Part shown: one piece after another, positions 38,289 to 48,742 of the stretch
How the letters are laid out: each line of letters opens with the position of its first letter
Position numbering within the stretch: the stretch's first letter is position 1
Assembly: GCA_965205645.1 (NCBI GenBank)
Contig: OZ242172.1
Span: forward strand, 348,633-412,632
DNA length: 64,000 nucleotides
Direction of reading: 5' to 3'
Source: Bdellovibrionales bacterium
GTDB taxonomy: Bacteria > Bdellovibrionota > Bdellovibrionia > Bdellovibrionales > UBA1609
Position numbers and translations under genes: made by a program
The notes under the pieces: model-generated
What the model saw: only the letters and a program-made list of their open reading frames with translations
Told to the model about the DNA's origin: nothing
Database searches by the model: none

Positions 38289-39293
38289 TTAAGTGATTTT
38301 AATGTGGCAGAAAGAAGCTTTTTCCAGACGATTCCATATTGCTTCCCAAGATTCAGATATCTGTTGCTTTGTTTTATAAACATATATCACATGATTAGGG
38401 TTGTTAGATAATATATCTAAATCATGGTAGAGCCATCTAGCACTTAATTCAGCTGAATTTTTTAAATGGAGTTGTTTGAAAATATAATTATTAATGCTTG
38501 TTTGTGGATACATTTTTTGGAGTTGTGTTGCAATCAATGACTGTGTTTCTGTATTTGTCGGTAAAGTTTTGCGATGAACTGTGAGGACTGCTAAAGGTAC
38601 GGGTGGTTGATAATGCTTACCTCCTTGTCCCGGGCTTAAAGTGGAAAAAGTTTTAGTGGTTATTTTCCAATTTTGCAAATTATTATCATCTAACCATTTT
38701 CTTAATTGTATCTTGGAAATTAATCCCGGGCGCAAAATCATTAAATGATATTTATTAAAATTTGGTTCTATCACAGTGGATTCAATACCGCCAGTACAAG
38801 CTCCTCCATCCAAAATGGGTACACAATCTTTAAAAATTTTTTTTACATGATTGGCTGTTGTTGGAGATAACTGTCCATACATATTAGCACTGGGAGCACA
38901 TAATGCATGACCCGATCGTTTAATTAGTTCTAAAGTAATAGGGTGACGTGGGATTCTAAGTCCTACTTTATTTTGTCCAGCTGTAATTAATGCATGCGTT
39001 GCTGGTGATTTGTTTAAAACAAAAGTTAAAGGTCCTGGGCAGAAATCTTGTATCATTTGATTTAATATTGGATGTTTGACAGTATGAAATTGACTCATTT
39101 GCTCTGCATGATAGCAGTGAACAATGATTGGATTAAATAAAGGTCTATTTTTAATTTGAAAAATTTTTTTAAGCGCTTGTTCGTTCGTTGCTGAACCAGC
39201 CAATCCATATACAGTTTCTGTTGGTATGGCTACTACTTGTCCACGCTGAATAAGAGATATTGCTTGATCCAAACTGACATCTATATTGGACAT
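38289..39293 (-). CDS. tsaC: L-threonylcarbamoyladenylate synthase, Sua5/TsaC type (with C-terminal Sua5 domain)
   Basis: VVAIPTETVYGLAG, PLFNPIIVH, PGPLTFVL, GLRIPRHP, APSANMYG. Confidence 0.8.
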   Translation of the reverse strand: MSNIDVSLDQAISLIQRGQVVAIPTETVYGLAGSATNEQALKKIFQIKNRPLFNPIIVHCYHAEQMSQFHTVKHPILNQMIQDFCPGPLTFVLNKSPATHALITAGQNKVGLRIPRHPITLELIKRSGHALCAPSANMYGQLSPTTANHVKKIFKDCVPILDGGACTGGIESTVIEPNFNKYHLMILRPGLISKIQLRKWLDDNNLQNWKITTKTFSTLSPGQGGKHYQPPVPLAVLTVHRKTLPTNTETQSLIATQLQKMYPQTSINNYIFKQLHLKNSAELSARWLYHDLDILSNNPNHVIYVYKTKQQISESWEAIWNRLEKASFCHIKIT

Positions 39294-39585
39294 GGCATTT
39301 AATACTGGTCTGTAGAATGAAAGAGAGTGTTTTTGGACAAAAATATTGGATTAGAGATCCCTAAAAATATCAGTTGGCTGGGTGTGTTTGGAAACAGCCA
39401 CACACAAATAAACATCAAAATAAAAAAAGTATTTAATAAAAATTGATACATATAAAAGCATTCATTAAAAATTTTTCAAAAACAAGAAATAAGAAATAAT
39501 TTTTATTTGCCGGTTTGTCGTAGCTAATTTAAATCCGGAGTGAAATAATCAATCTATCTACCTACTTCCTGTCCGGCGTATTCTA

Positions 39586-40233
39586 TTATTTTTTTGCTAC
39601 TCCGGCAGATTTTAAAAATTGATCTAAACCTTTATCTGTCAAAGGATGCTCTATCATTTTTGGAAATAAAGCAGGAGGAATCGTCACAATATCTGCTCCA
39701 ATATGTGCTGCCTCCATAATATGGCCAATGTGTCGAATACTCGCTACCAATACTTGTGTTTTTATTTGATATTGGGAAAATAAATGCACGACTTCTTCTG
39801 CCACTTCCATGCCACGTATCCCTATATCGTCTAGCCGGCCGACAAATATGGATACGATACTGGCTCCCGCACGTGCTGCCATTAAAGCCTGAGTCGCTGA
39901 AAAACATAAAGTAACATTTGTAGAGATATTTTGTTGGGATAATTTTTTTATAGCGATCAAACCTTCTTTTATGAGCGGAATTTTAATAACCACTTGAGAG
40001 TGAATATTTTTTAATATTTGGGCTTCTTCATACATTTTTTGTGCATTGGTAGATAACACTTCTGCGCTGACCGCCGCTCCTGGTACTGCTTCACATATAG
40101 AGCGGATGACACTATGGTGCTCCTGGCCACTTTGAGCGATTAAAGTTGGATTGGTCGTCACTCCATCTAACGGAAACCACTTCCCAATTTTTTTTATTTG
40201 TTCCAGATCTGCTGTATCAACAAAAAATTTCAT
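39586..40233 (-). CDS. Fructose-6-phosphate aldolase / short transaldolase
   Basis: MKFFVDTADLEQIK...GVTTNPTL, VIKIP, SIFVGRLDD. Confidence 0.8.
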   Translation of the reverse strand: MKFFVDTADLEQIKKIGKWFPLDGVTTNPTLIAQSGQEHHSVIRSICEAVPGAAVSAEVLSTNAQKMYEEAQILKNIHSQVVIKIPLIKEGLIAIKKLSQQNISTNVTLCFSATQALMAARAGASIVSIFVGRLDDIGIRGMEVAEEVVHLFSQYQIKTQVLVASIRHIGHIMEAAHIGADIVTIPPALFPKMIEHPLTDKGLDQFLKSAGVAKK

Positions 40234-40279
40234 TTAATTCCTTTGTTATTATTGTGATCAATCACTTCGTTTTGCATAG

Positions 40280-41005
40280 TCAAGTATAAATATCATCTAA
40301 GCAGTAAAACCCTGGTTTTTGCTTTATCAGCCAGCGAATGATATTTAAAGCTCCTTTAGCAAATAGCCTTCGATTTAACGCTTGGTGCTCTAACCTGAGT
40401 ACTTCATCCTCTGTTGTAAAACAAATGCGGTGTATGCCAAATTCTCGTCCTTTACGTGTGCTTTGAACCGTGACTTTTTTTCGTGTAGCCGGAGAAAAAC
40501 AGTTTATTAGTTTTAGAGCTGTGCCACTCGGTTGATCTTTTTTATTTTTATGATGGATATCTTCCAGTTGAATAGAGACATCTTCAGGTGCTGAAATTTT
40601 TTTTATCCAATTTTTCATTAACCATATTCCCCAGCTCATGTTGGATTCATAAAATACTGGAATACTTTTCGCAGCAGTTTTTAATAACTGCTTTTGTTTC
40701 TTATTTAATCCAGTGGTACCACTTACAAGAGGCTTTTTATTCAATAGACACCATTTTAATGTCCATTCTAAAAGTTCTGGAGAGGAAAAATCCACTACCG
40801 CTTGTATGGAATGTGCATTGGATTGTCGTTTAGTTGGCATAGTGATTTTGTGCGCATTGCGAATTGTTTTTGTTGGTCTTGCTTTTGGCCAACTGACACT
40901 AATGATAAAGTCAGAGTTTTTTTGCTGGACTGCTTCGCGCACCGCTTTTCCCATTCGGCCTGAAGCTCCACTAAGTCCTAAATAAATTAATTTTTTTTTG
41001 TTCAT
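40280..41005 (-). CDS. dapB: 4-hydroxy-tetrahydrodipicolinate reductase
   Basis: N-terminal GLSGASGRMGKAV (NAD(P) binding) and EDIHHKNKKDQPSGTALKL (E-HH-K-DAPSGTA signature). Confidence 0.75.
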   Translation of the reverse strand: MNKKKLIYLGLSGASGRMGKAVREAVQQKNSDFIISVSWPKARPTKTIRNAHKITMPTKRQSNAHSIQAVVDFSSPELLEWTLKWCLLNKKPLVSGTTGLNKKQKQLLKTAAKSIPVFYESNMSWGIWLMKNWIKKISAPEDVSIQLEDIHHKNKKDQPSGTALKLINCFSPATRKKVTVQSTRKGREFGIHRICFTTEDEVLRLEHQALNRRLFAKGALNIIRWLIKQKPGFYCLDDIYT

Positions 41006-41271
41006 CTGTTTATCGTGGATTCATCTATTCATTTACTCGATCATTTCTGTTTTACTCTATATTTCATACTGAATGGGTTGTTGTCACAATCGTTTTTTAT
41101 ATTGCCTTGTTTGATTCTGTCAATAAACTAACTTAAAATAAATTTTTCTGGCAGTTTTGTTATAGAAATGCAGCATTTGTTAGTGATAGAACAGGATTAT
41201 CAAAAGGAATGACTCTAATGTTTATATCTACATCCGTCTTAGGGAAATCTAAAAATTAGAAAGAAACAAAT

Positions 41272-42336
41272 ATGATGTTTACGAAATGGGAAAAAGAAGG
41301 ATTTTTACTGCAGATCTCTAAGAATCGTTATGTGTTGGGAGTCGGTCCTTTTTCACTTGCGCAAAAACCAAATCCCTATCAATGGAGCTTGTTTTATCCT
41401 CCATTTTTTCTCTCTTCAGCAGGTAAGTATTGGTATCATCCTAAAGCGGCTGATGTGTTGTCACAGATGGAATTGAAAAAAGTTTTTAAAAATATGCAGT
41501 TGAATCACTTAAGTAATGAAAAATCGTTAAAAAACCAGCAAAAGATTAATGGGAGTAAATGGATTCAACCCAACTTTGAAACATTTAAAACAGTTTTTCA
41601 AATCGTGCAAAAAAATATTCAAGTAAACAAAATTCAGAAAGCCGTTCCGGTTTTTTTTGAATCCATTCCTTACTCTTTGGATAAAAATAAATTATTGTGT
41701 TTTTTGCGCCAGATCATTTCTTGCCGAAAAGGTTTCTCTTATGCTTTCTGGACTTCAAAGCAGGCAGTCATTGGTTGTACTCCTGAAATATTATTTCATA
41801 AAAAAGGCCGGTTCGTGCACACGATGGCTCTAGCCGGTACCGCTCAAAATTCCACTCATAATTTATTAAAAGATGCCAAAGAAAAATGGGAACATCAGTT
41901 AGTGGTTCAAGATATCCAATCCTCCCTGAAAAAACTGGGAAAACTTTTCACTTCTCCGTTATATGTAGATAAAACAAACCATATTCATCATTTGAGGACA
42001 GATATTGAATTGTTGTTAAAAAAAAATATGTCTTTTGATTCTCTTTGCCGAATTTTACATCCAACACCGGCTTTGGGAGGTCAGCCTAAAGATTCTGCTT
42101 TACAATTGCTGCGTCGGTTGCAAAATTTATGTGGCAAACGATTTAGATTTGGCTCTCCATTTGGGGTCGCTTTTGGTAATATTGCTTTTTGCATAGTGGC
42201 TATTCGTAATATACAGTTTATCCAAAATACAATGTATGTTGGATCCGGATGTGGATTAGTCAGAAACAGTCAAATAGATCGAGAATGGAAAGAATTACAA
42301 ATAAAAAGAGAAGCAATAAAAAAAATATTGTTATGA
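41272..42336 (+). CDS. menF: Isochorismate synthase (short form)
   Basis: Chorismate-binding core: TPEILF, LAGTA, LHPTPALGG, AIRN, GSGCGLV. ATGA overlap with menD. Confidence 0.7.
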   Translation: MMFTKWEKEGFLLQISKNRYVLGVGPFSLAQKPNPYQWSLFYPPFFLSSAGKYWYHPKAADVLSQMELKKVFKNMQLNHLSNEKSLKNQQKINGSKWIQPNFETFKTVFQIVQKNIQVNKIQKAVPVFFESIPYSLDKNKLLCFLRQIISCRKGFSYAFWTSKQAVIGCTPEILFHKKGRFVHTMALAGTAQNSTHNLLKDAKEKWEHQLVVQDIQSSLKKLGKLFTSPLYVDKTNHIHHLRTDIELLLKKNMSFDSLCRILHPTPALGGQPKDSALQLLRRLQNLCGKRFRFGSPFGVAFGNIAFCIVAIRNIQFIQNTMYVGSGCGLVRNSQIDREWKELQIKREAIKKILL

Positions 42337-43952
42337 ATATTCAATTGGCAAAAAAAGTAATTGATGATTTAGCCGCATTGTACAATGTGGATACTTTCTG
42401 TGTTTGCTCCGGATCTCGTAATGTTCCTTTTGTCTATGCTCTTTCAACCGCAAAGGGTTTTACAACTTTTCCTTTCTTTGATGAAAGATCTGCTGGTTTT
42501 TTTGCTTTAGGCTGTATTCGTCGGACCCACCATCCGGTGGCAGTTATCACCACTTCCGGTACTGCTGTCGCTGAGCTACTGCCTAGTGTAGTAGAGGCAT
42601 ATTATTCCAGTTTGCCTTTAATTCTCCTAACAGCTGACAGGCCTTCCATTTTGCGTCGCACAGCTGCGCCGCAAACTATCCAACAAATAGGTATCTTTTC
42701 TCATTATGTGGACAATACATTTGATTTAGAAAATAGTTTGGATTTTGATTTATCTCAATGGTCCGCTCGCCGACCTTGTCATATCAATGTTTGTTTTGAT
42801 GAACCTTTGTTGGATATCAAACACACACCCGTGCAGACAAGGAATAGCCCCTCTGGTAAAAAAAAGTTTGATTTCATTGTGAATAAGGATGAGCAATGGA
42901 GTGAGGATGAAAAAACCATAGCGGATTTTTTTTCCGCTTCCCGTAACCCTGTATTTATTTTATCTGAAATGCCAAATAAGTTTAGAGGCCAAACTGAAGA
43001 TATTTTATCTCATCTAAAGTGTCCTATTTATGCAGAAGCGCTATCTGGTCTACGTGAATCAGATATATTAGATCCTTTGATTTTGAAGTCCGGCGATAAA
43101 ATTTTAAATGAATGGGTGCTGGATAAAAAGATAGATGGAGTCATTCGTATGGGTCGACGTCCTTGTACCCGATTTTGGATGGATTTAGAAAAAAAACATT
43201 CTTCGTTGCCGGTTTTGTCTGTTAGTGATCAATCTTATTCTGGTCTTAGTCGACGTCCTTCTGCTGTTTCTTTTAAATCTTTTTTTAAATTTTCTGATTG
43301 CTTGTTAAACAAGCGTCTGTGCCCACCTTTAGAGGCACTTATTCAACAGGATCGTCAAAGAGCTAAAACCTTGCAGATGTTGCTAAAAAAATATCCTTTA
43401 AGTGAACAAAGTTTAGTCCAATCTTTTTCTAGTAAAATTCCTGCTAATTCTTTATTATTTTTAGGCAATAGCTTGCCCATTCGGGAGTGGCACTTATCCG
43501 CAACATACAAAAACAATAAATTAAAATACACAGGTAATAGAGGGGTCAATGGTATTGATGGTTTAATTTCTTCTTTTTTAGGTGAAAGTCAGGCGTCTCA
43601 TCAAAACTGGTGCTTGCTAGGGGATCTTAGCTGTTTGTATGATTTGACCGCACCGTGGGTTTTAAAACACCTACCTAACAAAGGGGACTATTTTATTGTA
43701 GTGATCAATAATGGTGGAGGTCAGATTTTTTCCTCTTTGCCCGCTTTGTCTTCATTACCATCCGTTGGTTCTGCCTTATTAAGAAATCCCCATCAGTTGA
43801 CTTTTGAAAAATGGGCACAGCTATGGGATATGCATTATTATCAGTTAGAGGAGTGGCCAGAAAAATTTTGTTTCCAATCTCCTGCAGTAATAGAGCTTGT
43901 TGTTCATCGTCAGCAAACACAACAACTGACAGAAGCATTGAAACAACTATAA
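42333..43952 (+). CDS. menD: 2-succinyl-5-enolpyruvyl-6-hydroxy-3-cyclohexene-1-carboxylate (SEPHCHC) synthase
   Basis: ThDP enzyme layout: CSGSRNVPF, DERSAGFFALG, TSGTAVAELLPSVVEAYYSSLPLILLTADRP, C-terminal GDLSCLYD...NNGGGQIF. Start is at the ATG overlapping the menF stop. Confidence 0.75.
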   Translation: MNIQLAKKVIDDLAALYNVDTFCVCSGSRNVPFVYALSTAKGFTTFPFFDERSAGFFALGCIRRTHHPVAVITTSGTAVAELLPSVVEAYYSSLPLILLTADRPSILRRTAAPQTIQQIGIFSHYVDNTFDLENSLDFDLSQWSARRPCHINVCFDEPLLDIKHTPVQTRNSPSGKKKFDFIVNKDEQWSEDEKTIADFFSASRNPVFILSEMPNKFRGQTEDILSHLKCPIYAEALSGLRESDILDPLILKSGDKILNEWVLDKKIDGVIRMGRRPCTRFWMDLEKKHSSLPVLSVSDQSYSGLSRRPSAVSFKSFFKFSDCLLNKRLCPPLEALIQQDRQRAKTLQMLLKKYPLSEQSLVQSFSSKIPANSLLFLGNSLPIREWHLSATYKNNKLKYTGNRGVNGIDGLISSFLGESQASHQNWCLLGDLSCLYDLTAPWVLKHLPNKGDYFIVVINNGGGQIFSSLPALSSLPSVGSALLRNPHQLTFEKWAQLWDMHYYQLEEWPEKFCFQSPAVIELVVHRQQTQQLTEALKQL

Positions 43953-44095
43953 AAACCCGACCAGACTTTCACCCTGTCAAGAGTTTTTCACTTTTTGTAA
44001 ACATTGATCCAGTAAAAGATTTTTTTTATCTCATTTTGGTACAGGACGTATTATTGACGTCTTTTTTTTATTTTTTTATGTGTCATAATCATTGT

Positions 44096-44434
44096 ATGAA
44101 CATCATCATTAATTTATTGAAACAAAAAAATACTTATTTAACACGGTTCAAGCGGTTAAGCATATGTGAACATCGCCGCATTCAAAATGGAGATTTCAGC
44201 CGATTGGATGCATTCTATCATAACCGGCAGGTTTTATTAGAAGCGATTGAATCTCTTGATAAAGAATTAATGCAACATAAATCCATTTCAGTTAGCGAAA
44301 AAGATAAAAAAACTATTATCAAGTTACTACATGAAAAACGAGCGATCATTATGTCTATTTTAGATAAAGATCTTTGCATTCATTCTTATTTTAATGAATG
44401 GGAGCAAAGTATGATGAAAAATCAAATTGCCTGA
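44096..44434 (+). CDS. Hypothetical small helical protein upstream of the histidine kinase
   Basis: Internal ATG (MNIIINLLKQKNTYL...) of track ORF 43811-44434. The upstream part of that ORF overlaps the menD 3' end. Confidence 0.4.
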   Translation: MNIIINLLKQKNTYLTRFKRLSICEHRRIQNGDFSRLDAFYHNRQVLLEAIESLDKELMQHKSISVSEKDKKTIIKLLHEKRAIIMSILDKDLCIHSYFNEWEQSMMKNQIA

Positions 44435-44448
44435 AAGCACCACAAAAC

Positions 44449-45933
44449 ATGATATCTGTTTCTAATAGTCAATGTGAAGACAATTCTATTAGGGATATAC
44501 AAGCCAGAATTAAATTATCTAATCGTTTATTCTCTGCTAATACAATTAAACAATTTTTAGGTGCGTTGTATAAAGAAACTAGTGGGCCATTTAAAATTAA
44601 AAGTTTTGTGCTGTGTTGGCATTCAGGTCATTTTGGCCGGTTTCAATATGTATATTCTAAAGAAGATACATATAAAAGACAGCCGACTAATTTATGGCCT
44701 AAAAGATTTGCTTTAGGTCTTGCGAACGTTGATGTTAGACGATATATCGCTAGTGAATTAGGTCGTCCGGTGCAACGTATTTTAATTGTACCCATTTTTT
44801 TAAAAAAATATTCTGCTAAAGAGTCAGCAGTTTTATTTGTGGAGTTTTTCACAGCAAATCCTATTCCATTACAACGTTTTTATCAAACATTTTTAAATTG
44901 CATTACAGTTGGTTTAGATCGGCTATTATTGCAAGATCATTTGCAGACTGGTTCTGATCTTTTATATTCTACATTTAATCATTTGAAAGAACCACTTGCT
45001 GTATTGGATCAAGATCATCAGATTAACAGTTCTAATAAAATGTTTGATCAAATGGGATTGTTGGAAAATACTCAAGCAGCTAACAATAAACAATCTTCTG
45101 TATATCACATTAGCCAAAAAGTGATTCACTGGAATAATCGGGTTTATGAGAGATATTCTTATCCAGCTTGTATTAAAGATTCTGTTTATACTATTTATCA
45201 TTATGTGGATGTTACAGAATCATTAGCTCTACGTAGTCAGATGATCCAAAGTGAAAAAATGTCTGCGCTGGGTAAACTAGGAGAAGAAATTGCTCATGAA
45301 CTAAATAATCCTTTAACGGGTATTTTATCTATGGCGCAGTTGCTATTGCATTCTCGGCAATTAACAGATGATTTAACACAAGATATAGATGCGATTGCTT
45401 TAGGTGCACGTCGCTCACAAAAAATTATTTCTCATTTGTTGGATTTTGCTCGTTCTAGTTCTCAGCAGTTACATGAGTGCAATTTAAATTTAGCCGTTCA
45501 AAATACTCTCTCTTTTTTAAAATCTGTTACTTGTCAGGTGGATTTTCAGATTCAGCTTTGCAAAACACCAATATTTGTTAAAGCACAGCTTTGTTTGTTG
45601 CAGCAGGTAGTATTTAATTTAATAAAAAATGCTTGTCAGGCGGCGCAAGATCATTTTGCTAGTCGTTCAGATCAGGCACGTGTAACAGTAAGTGTTGGGA
45701 AAGTAAAAGATTCAGCCTTTGTGTCTGTGGAAGATAATGGCCCAGGTATTAAAAGTGAAGATTATAATATAGTTTTTAAGCCGTTCTTTACTACTAAACG
45801 GAAACATCAGGGTACTGGACTGGGATTAAATGTTAGTATGAATATTGTAGAAAGTTTTAACGGGAGTTTAAAACCATCCCGTTCTGTTATGGGTGGGGCG
45901 TGTTTTACGTTACAACTACCGATTAATGGATAG
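44449..45933 (+). CDS. Sensor histidine kinase (no obvious TM segment)
   Basis: H-box EIAHELNNPLTGI, N-box NLIKNACQA, G1 VEDNGPGI, G2 GTGLGLNVS. Confidence 0.75.
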   Translation: MISVSNSQCEDNSIRDIQARIKLSNRLFSANTIKQFLGALYKETSGPFKIKSFVLCWHSGHFGRFQYVYSKEDTYKRQPTNLWPKRFALGLANVDVRRYIASELGRPVQRILIVPIFLKKYSAKESAVLFVEFFTANPIPLQRFYQTFLNCITVGLDRLLLQDHLQTGSDLLYSTFNHLKEPLAVLDQDHQINSSNKMFDQMGLLENTQAANNKQSSVYHISQKVIHWNNRVYERYSYPACIKDSVYTIYHYVDVTESLALRSQMIQSEKMSALGKLGEEIAHELNNPLTGILSMAQLLLHSRQLTDDLTQDIDAIALGARRSQKIISHLLDFARSSSQQLHECNLNLAVQNTLSFLKSVTCQVDFQIQLCKTPIFVKAQLCLLQQVVFNLIKNACQAAQDHFASRSDQARVTVSVGKVKDSAFVSVEDNGPGIKSEDYNIVFKPFFTTKRKHQGTGLGLNVSMNIVESFNGSLKPSRSVMGGACFTLQLPING

Positions 45934-45939
45934 TAAAAT

Positions 45940-46368
45940 ATGAAAGTTTTAATTATAGATGATGAATTGCTAATTAGACGCTCTCTTTCCCGAATAGCAA
46001 ACGAAAGAGGGCACCAAGTGAAAATAGCTAGTGATGGCCAAGAAGGTTTAAACATTTGGTTAGCATTTCGTCCGGATTTAGTTTTTTTGGATGTTTTCCT
46101 TCCCCAATTGGATGGGCCTTCTTTGTTAAAATCTGTTGGTAAATCAACTGAAAAAGTAGTTATGATTTCTGCTCGTCATCCAGAGCTTGTTAAAAGCTCT
46201 CATCTTTTGAATGAAGAGAATAATTTTCGTTCTTTTTTGGATAAAAATGTAGATTTATTTATTCCCAAGCCATTTGATGATATTTTGGCTGTTTTCAATC
46301 AGGCAGAACAATTATGTATGCGTTATCAACATGAACTAGGCACAATAGATGCTGGTCATATAATATGA
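45940..46368 (+). CDS. Single-domain response regulator (receiver only)
   Basis: MKVLIIDDE, phospho-acceptor context DLVFLDVFLP, receiver length only. Confidence 0.7.
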   Translation: MKVLIIDDELLIRRSLSRIANERGHQVKIASDGQEGLNIWLAFRPDLVFLDVFLPQLDGPSLLKSVGKSTEKVVMISARHPELVKSSHLLNEENNFRSFLDKNVDLFIPKPFDDILAVFNQAEQLCMRYQHELGTIDAGHII

Positions 46369-46375
46369 TAGCTCA

Positions 46376-46954
46376 ATGAGAATTATTGCTGGTCGATTTA
46401 AAGGTCGACGTTTATGTACTTTTACTGGTCGTCACATTCGACCTATGACAGCTAGAGTAAAAACATCTGTATTTGATGTGCTTAGTTCACGTATTTCTTT
46501 TTCCTCTCATAAAATATTGGATCTTTTTTCTGGAACAGGGAGTCTTGCTTTTGAATCCTTATCCAGAGGAGCAAAAGAAGCGCATTTGGTGGATTCCGGT
46601 CGGCAGTTTATTTCTGTTGTGGAAAAAAATGTTCAACTGTTAAAAATAGATAAAGAAGTGGTTATTTATCATCGAGATGTCTTTCGTTTTCTGTCTAGTC
46701 GGGCTGTTACAGGAAGAAAATCTATTGAATTTGGGCTAATTTTTGTGGATCCACCTTTTAATAAAAAATGGGGGCTAAAGGTTTTAAGTTATCTCAGGCA
46801 ATTTACAGCTATACAAGCTGGCGCGATATGTGTACTGGAGATTTCTATTCAAGAATCCTCTCCTCCTTCCACAGATAGTTATCATTTGTTTACGGAAAGG
46901 AAATTTGGTGATAAAAAAGTATTGTTTTATCAATGGAAAGGCTTTGCCACGTGA
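46376..46954 (+). CDS. rsmD: 16S rRNA (guanine966-N2)-methyltransferase
   Basis: MRIIAGRFKGRRL, LDLFSGTGSLAFESLSRGA, FVDPPF. Confidence 0.8.
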   Translation: MRIIAGRFKGRRLCTFTGRHIRPMTARVKTSVFDVLSSRISFSSHKILDLFSGTGSLAFESLSRGAKEAHLVDSGRQFISVVEKNVQLLKIDKEVVIYHRDVFRFLSSRAVTGRKSIEFGLIFVDPPFNKKWGLKVLSYLRQFTAIQAGAICVLEISIQESSPPSTDSYHLFTERKFGDKKVLFYQWKGFAT

Positions 46955-47448
46955 GTGATTCGCGTTCTTTATCTGCTGTGTATCCAGGAAGTTTCGATCC
47001 TATTACAAAAGGTCATATTGATTTAGTAAAAAGATTGAGTGGACTTTTTGATACTTTAGTTGTTTTAGTCTCTACTTTTTCTAAAAAAAAATATTTATTT
47101 TCCTTGCCTGAGCGTTTGGATATCGTGTCCCGTTGTTTAAAAAATATACCTAGAGTAAAGGTGTGTTCTAATGATGGACTGACAGTAGATTATATGCGTC
47201 GCAATCAGATTCAAATCATTATACGTGGTGTACGGGCAGTATCTGATTTTGAATATGAATTAACTATGGCTGCTGCTAATAAGCAGCTATTTAATAATTG
47301 TGAAACTTTTATTGCTTTTACTCGTCCGGAATATACACATTTATCTTCTCGGGTAATTAAAGATATTGCTTTGCATGGAGGAGATTTAAGTCAATGGATT
47401 CCAGAAATAGTTGTTCAAGCATTAAAAAATAAACTAAAGGATAAATGA
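46951..47448 (+). CDS. coaD: Phosphopantetheine adenylyltransferase
   Basis: AVYPGSFDPITKGHIDL. Probable GTG start in a GTGA overlap with the rsmD stop; the track ORF begins at ATG 46933. Confidence 0.85.
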   Translation: MSDSRSLSAVYPGSFDPITKGHIDLVKRLSGLFDTLVVLVSTFSKKKYLFSLPERLDIVSRCLKNIPRVKVCSNDGLTVDYMRRNQIQIIIRGVRAVSDFEYELTMAAANKQLFNNCETFIAFTRPEYTHLSSRVIKDIALHGGDLSQWIPEIVVQALKNKLKDK

Positions 47449-48635
47449 TGCTTTCTAAACGTTTATCCAGCATGCAGCCATCATTAGTGATGAGTTTAAG
47501 TGCGCGGGCAAATCGTTTAAAAGCACAAGGTAAAGATGTCATTTCTTTATCCATCGGAGAGCCTAGTTGGGCAACGCCCGCTGCTATTTGCTCCGCTGGC
47601 ATCCAGGCGATTAAAGATGGCCGAACAAAATACACTCCAGCGAGTGGAGAGCAATACTTGAAAGATAGTATTGCTAATAGTTTCAACCGATTGTTAGGTG
47701 TGAAAGTCGGGCCTTCACAAGTGACTGTATCCATCGGAGCTAAATTTATTTTATTTTCTGCTATCCAATCACTTTGTGATCCAGGGGATGAAGTATTGGC
47801 TCCCGCGCCTTATTGGGTCAGTTATCCAGCGATTGCAAAGTTGGCTGAAGCGCGTTTTGTGCCTATTCCCACTTCGGATAATTTTAAATTAACTGCATCC
47901 GCATTGAAAAAATGTATTACTGCACAATCTAAAGTGTTGATTTTAAATTATCCGAATAATCCATCGGGTGCTGTACTCAGTTTGTCAGAATTAACAGCTT
48001 TGGGACAAGTTTTGAGAGAGTATCCGCGGATAATTATTCTTAGTGATGATATTTATAATCATTTGTATTTTTCAGGGTTTATGGCTCCTCATTTATTGCA
48101 GGCATGTCCAGATTTAGAGGATCGCATCGTGTGCATTAATGCTGTTTCAAAAAATTATTCTATGACCGGCTGGCGAGTTGGTTGGGCTGTAGGAAAGGAG
48201 AATATTATTCAGGCGATGTCTAGTTTTCAAAGCCAGTCCGTTAGTTGTGCCTGCTCCATTTCTCAAGCTGCCGCCTCTTGGGCTTTAGATCATTGTGACG
48301 CAGAAGTGGAACAAATCAGGCAGAATTTAATTCAAACTAAAAATATGGCCTTAAATAACTTTCAAAGTATTAAGGGAGTTCATATCTATCCTCCCCAAGG
48401 TGGACTATATATCTGGTTGGATATCAGAAAAATAATTGGAGGCATGTATCAGAAAAAACAGATTAGATCTTCTGCTGATTTCGTGGAATGTTTGTTTCAA
48501 GATCAATCAGTGCTATGTGTACCTGGAGAAGCTTTCGGTCAAACGGGTTATATACGGATTAATTTCACTGTAGAGCCAGAACTTCTCACTAAAGCAGCTG
48601 GGAGAATCCAACGTTTTATTTCTACTTTGGACTAA
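47445..48635 (+). CDS. Class I pyridoxal-phosphate-dependent (aspartate-type) aminotransferase
   Basis: NYPNNPSG, SKNYSMTGWRVGW (PLP lysine motif), IRINF. ATGA overlap with coaD. Confidence 0.8.
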   Translation: MMLSKRLSSMQPSLVMSLSARANRLKAQGKDVISLSIGEPSWATPAAICSAGIQAIKDGRTKYTPASGEQYLKDSIANSFNRLLGVKVGPSQVTVSIGAKFILFSAIQSLCDPGDEVLAPAPYWVSYPAIAKLAEARFVPIPTSDNFKLTASALKKCITAQSKVLILNYPNNPSGAVLSLSELTALGQVLREYPRIIILSDDIYNHLYFSGFMAPHLLQACPDLEDRIVCINAVSKNYSMTGWRVGWAVGKENIIQAMSSFQSQSVSCACSISQAAASWALDHCDAEVEQIRQNLIQTKNMALNNFQSIKGVHIYPPQGGLYIWLDIRKIIGGMYQKKQIRSSADFVECLFQDQSVLCVPGEAFGQTGYIRINFTVEPELLTKAAGRIQRFISTLD

Positions 48636-48742
48636 AGTGGTTATTGGGACGAAGAGTCACAACAGATAGCTTGTTGAGATTTTTCTTTTATATTGTTTTA
48701 ATTTTATTCAGGATCACCAAGTAGCATGGAGGAGGAGTTCTT

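Noticed and set aside
38126-38411. Two mutually overlapping ORFs (85 aa minus, 74 aa plus)
   Set aside because: They overlap each other and the 3' end of sua5/tsaC. Both have low-complexity hydrophobic composition, no RBS and no recognisable motif.
42249-42332. N-terminal extension of the menD ORF (MWISQKQSNRSR...)
   Set aside because: It lies inside the menF coding region. The ATG at 42333 forms a typical ATGA coupling with the menF stop and gives a normal MenD N-terminus.
43811-44095. Upstream part of track ORF 43811-44434
   Set aside because: It overlaps the menD 3' end out of frame and then crosses non-coding spacer. Only the distal part from ATG 44096 (or 44078) looks like a plausible gene.
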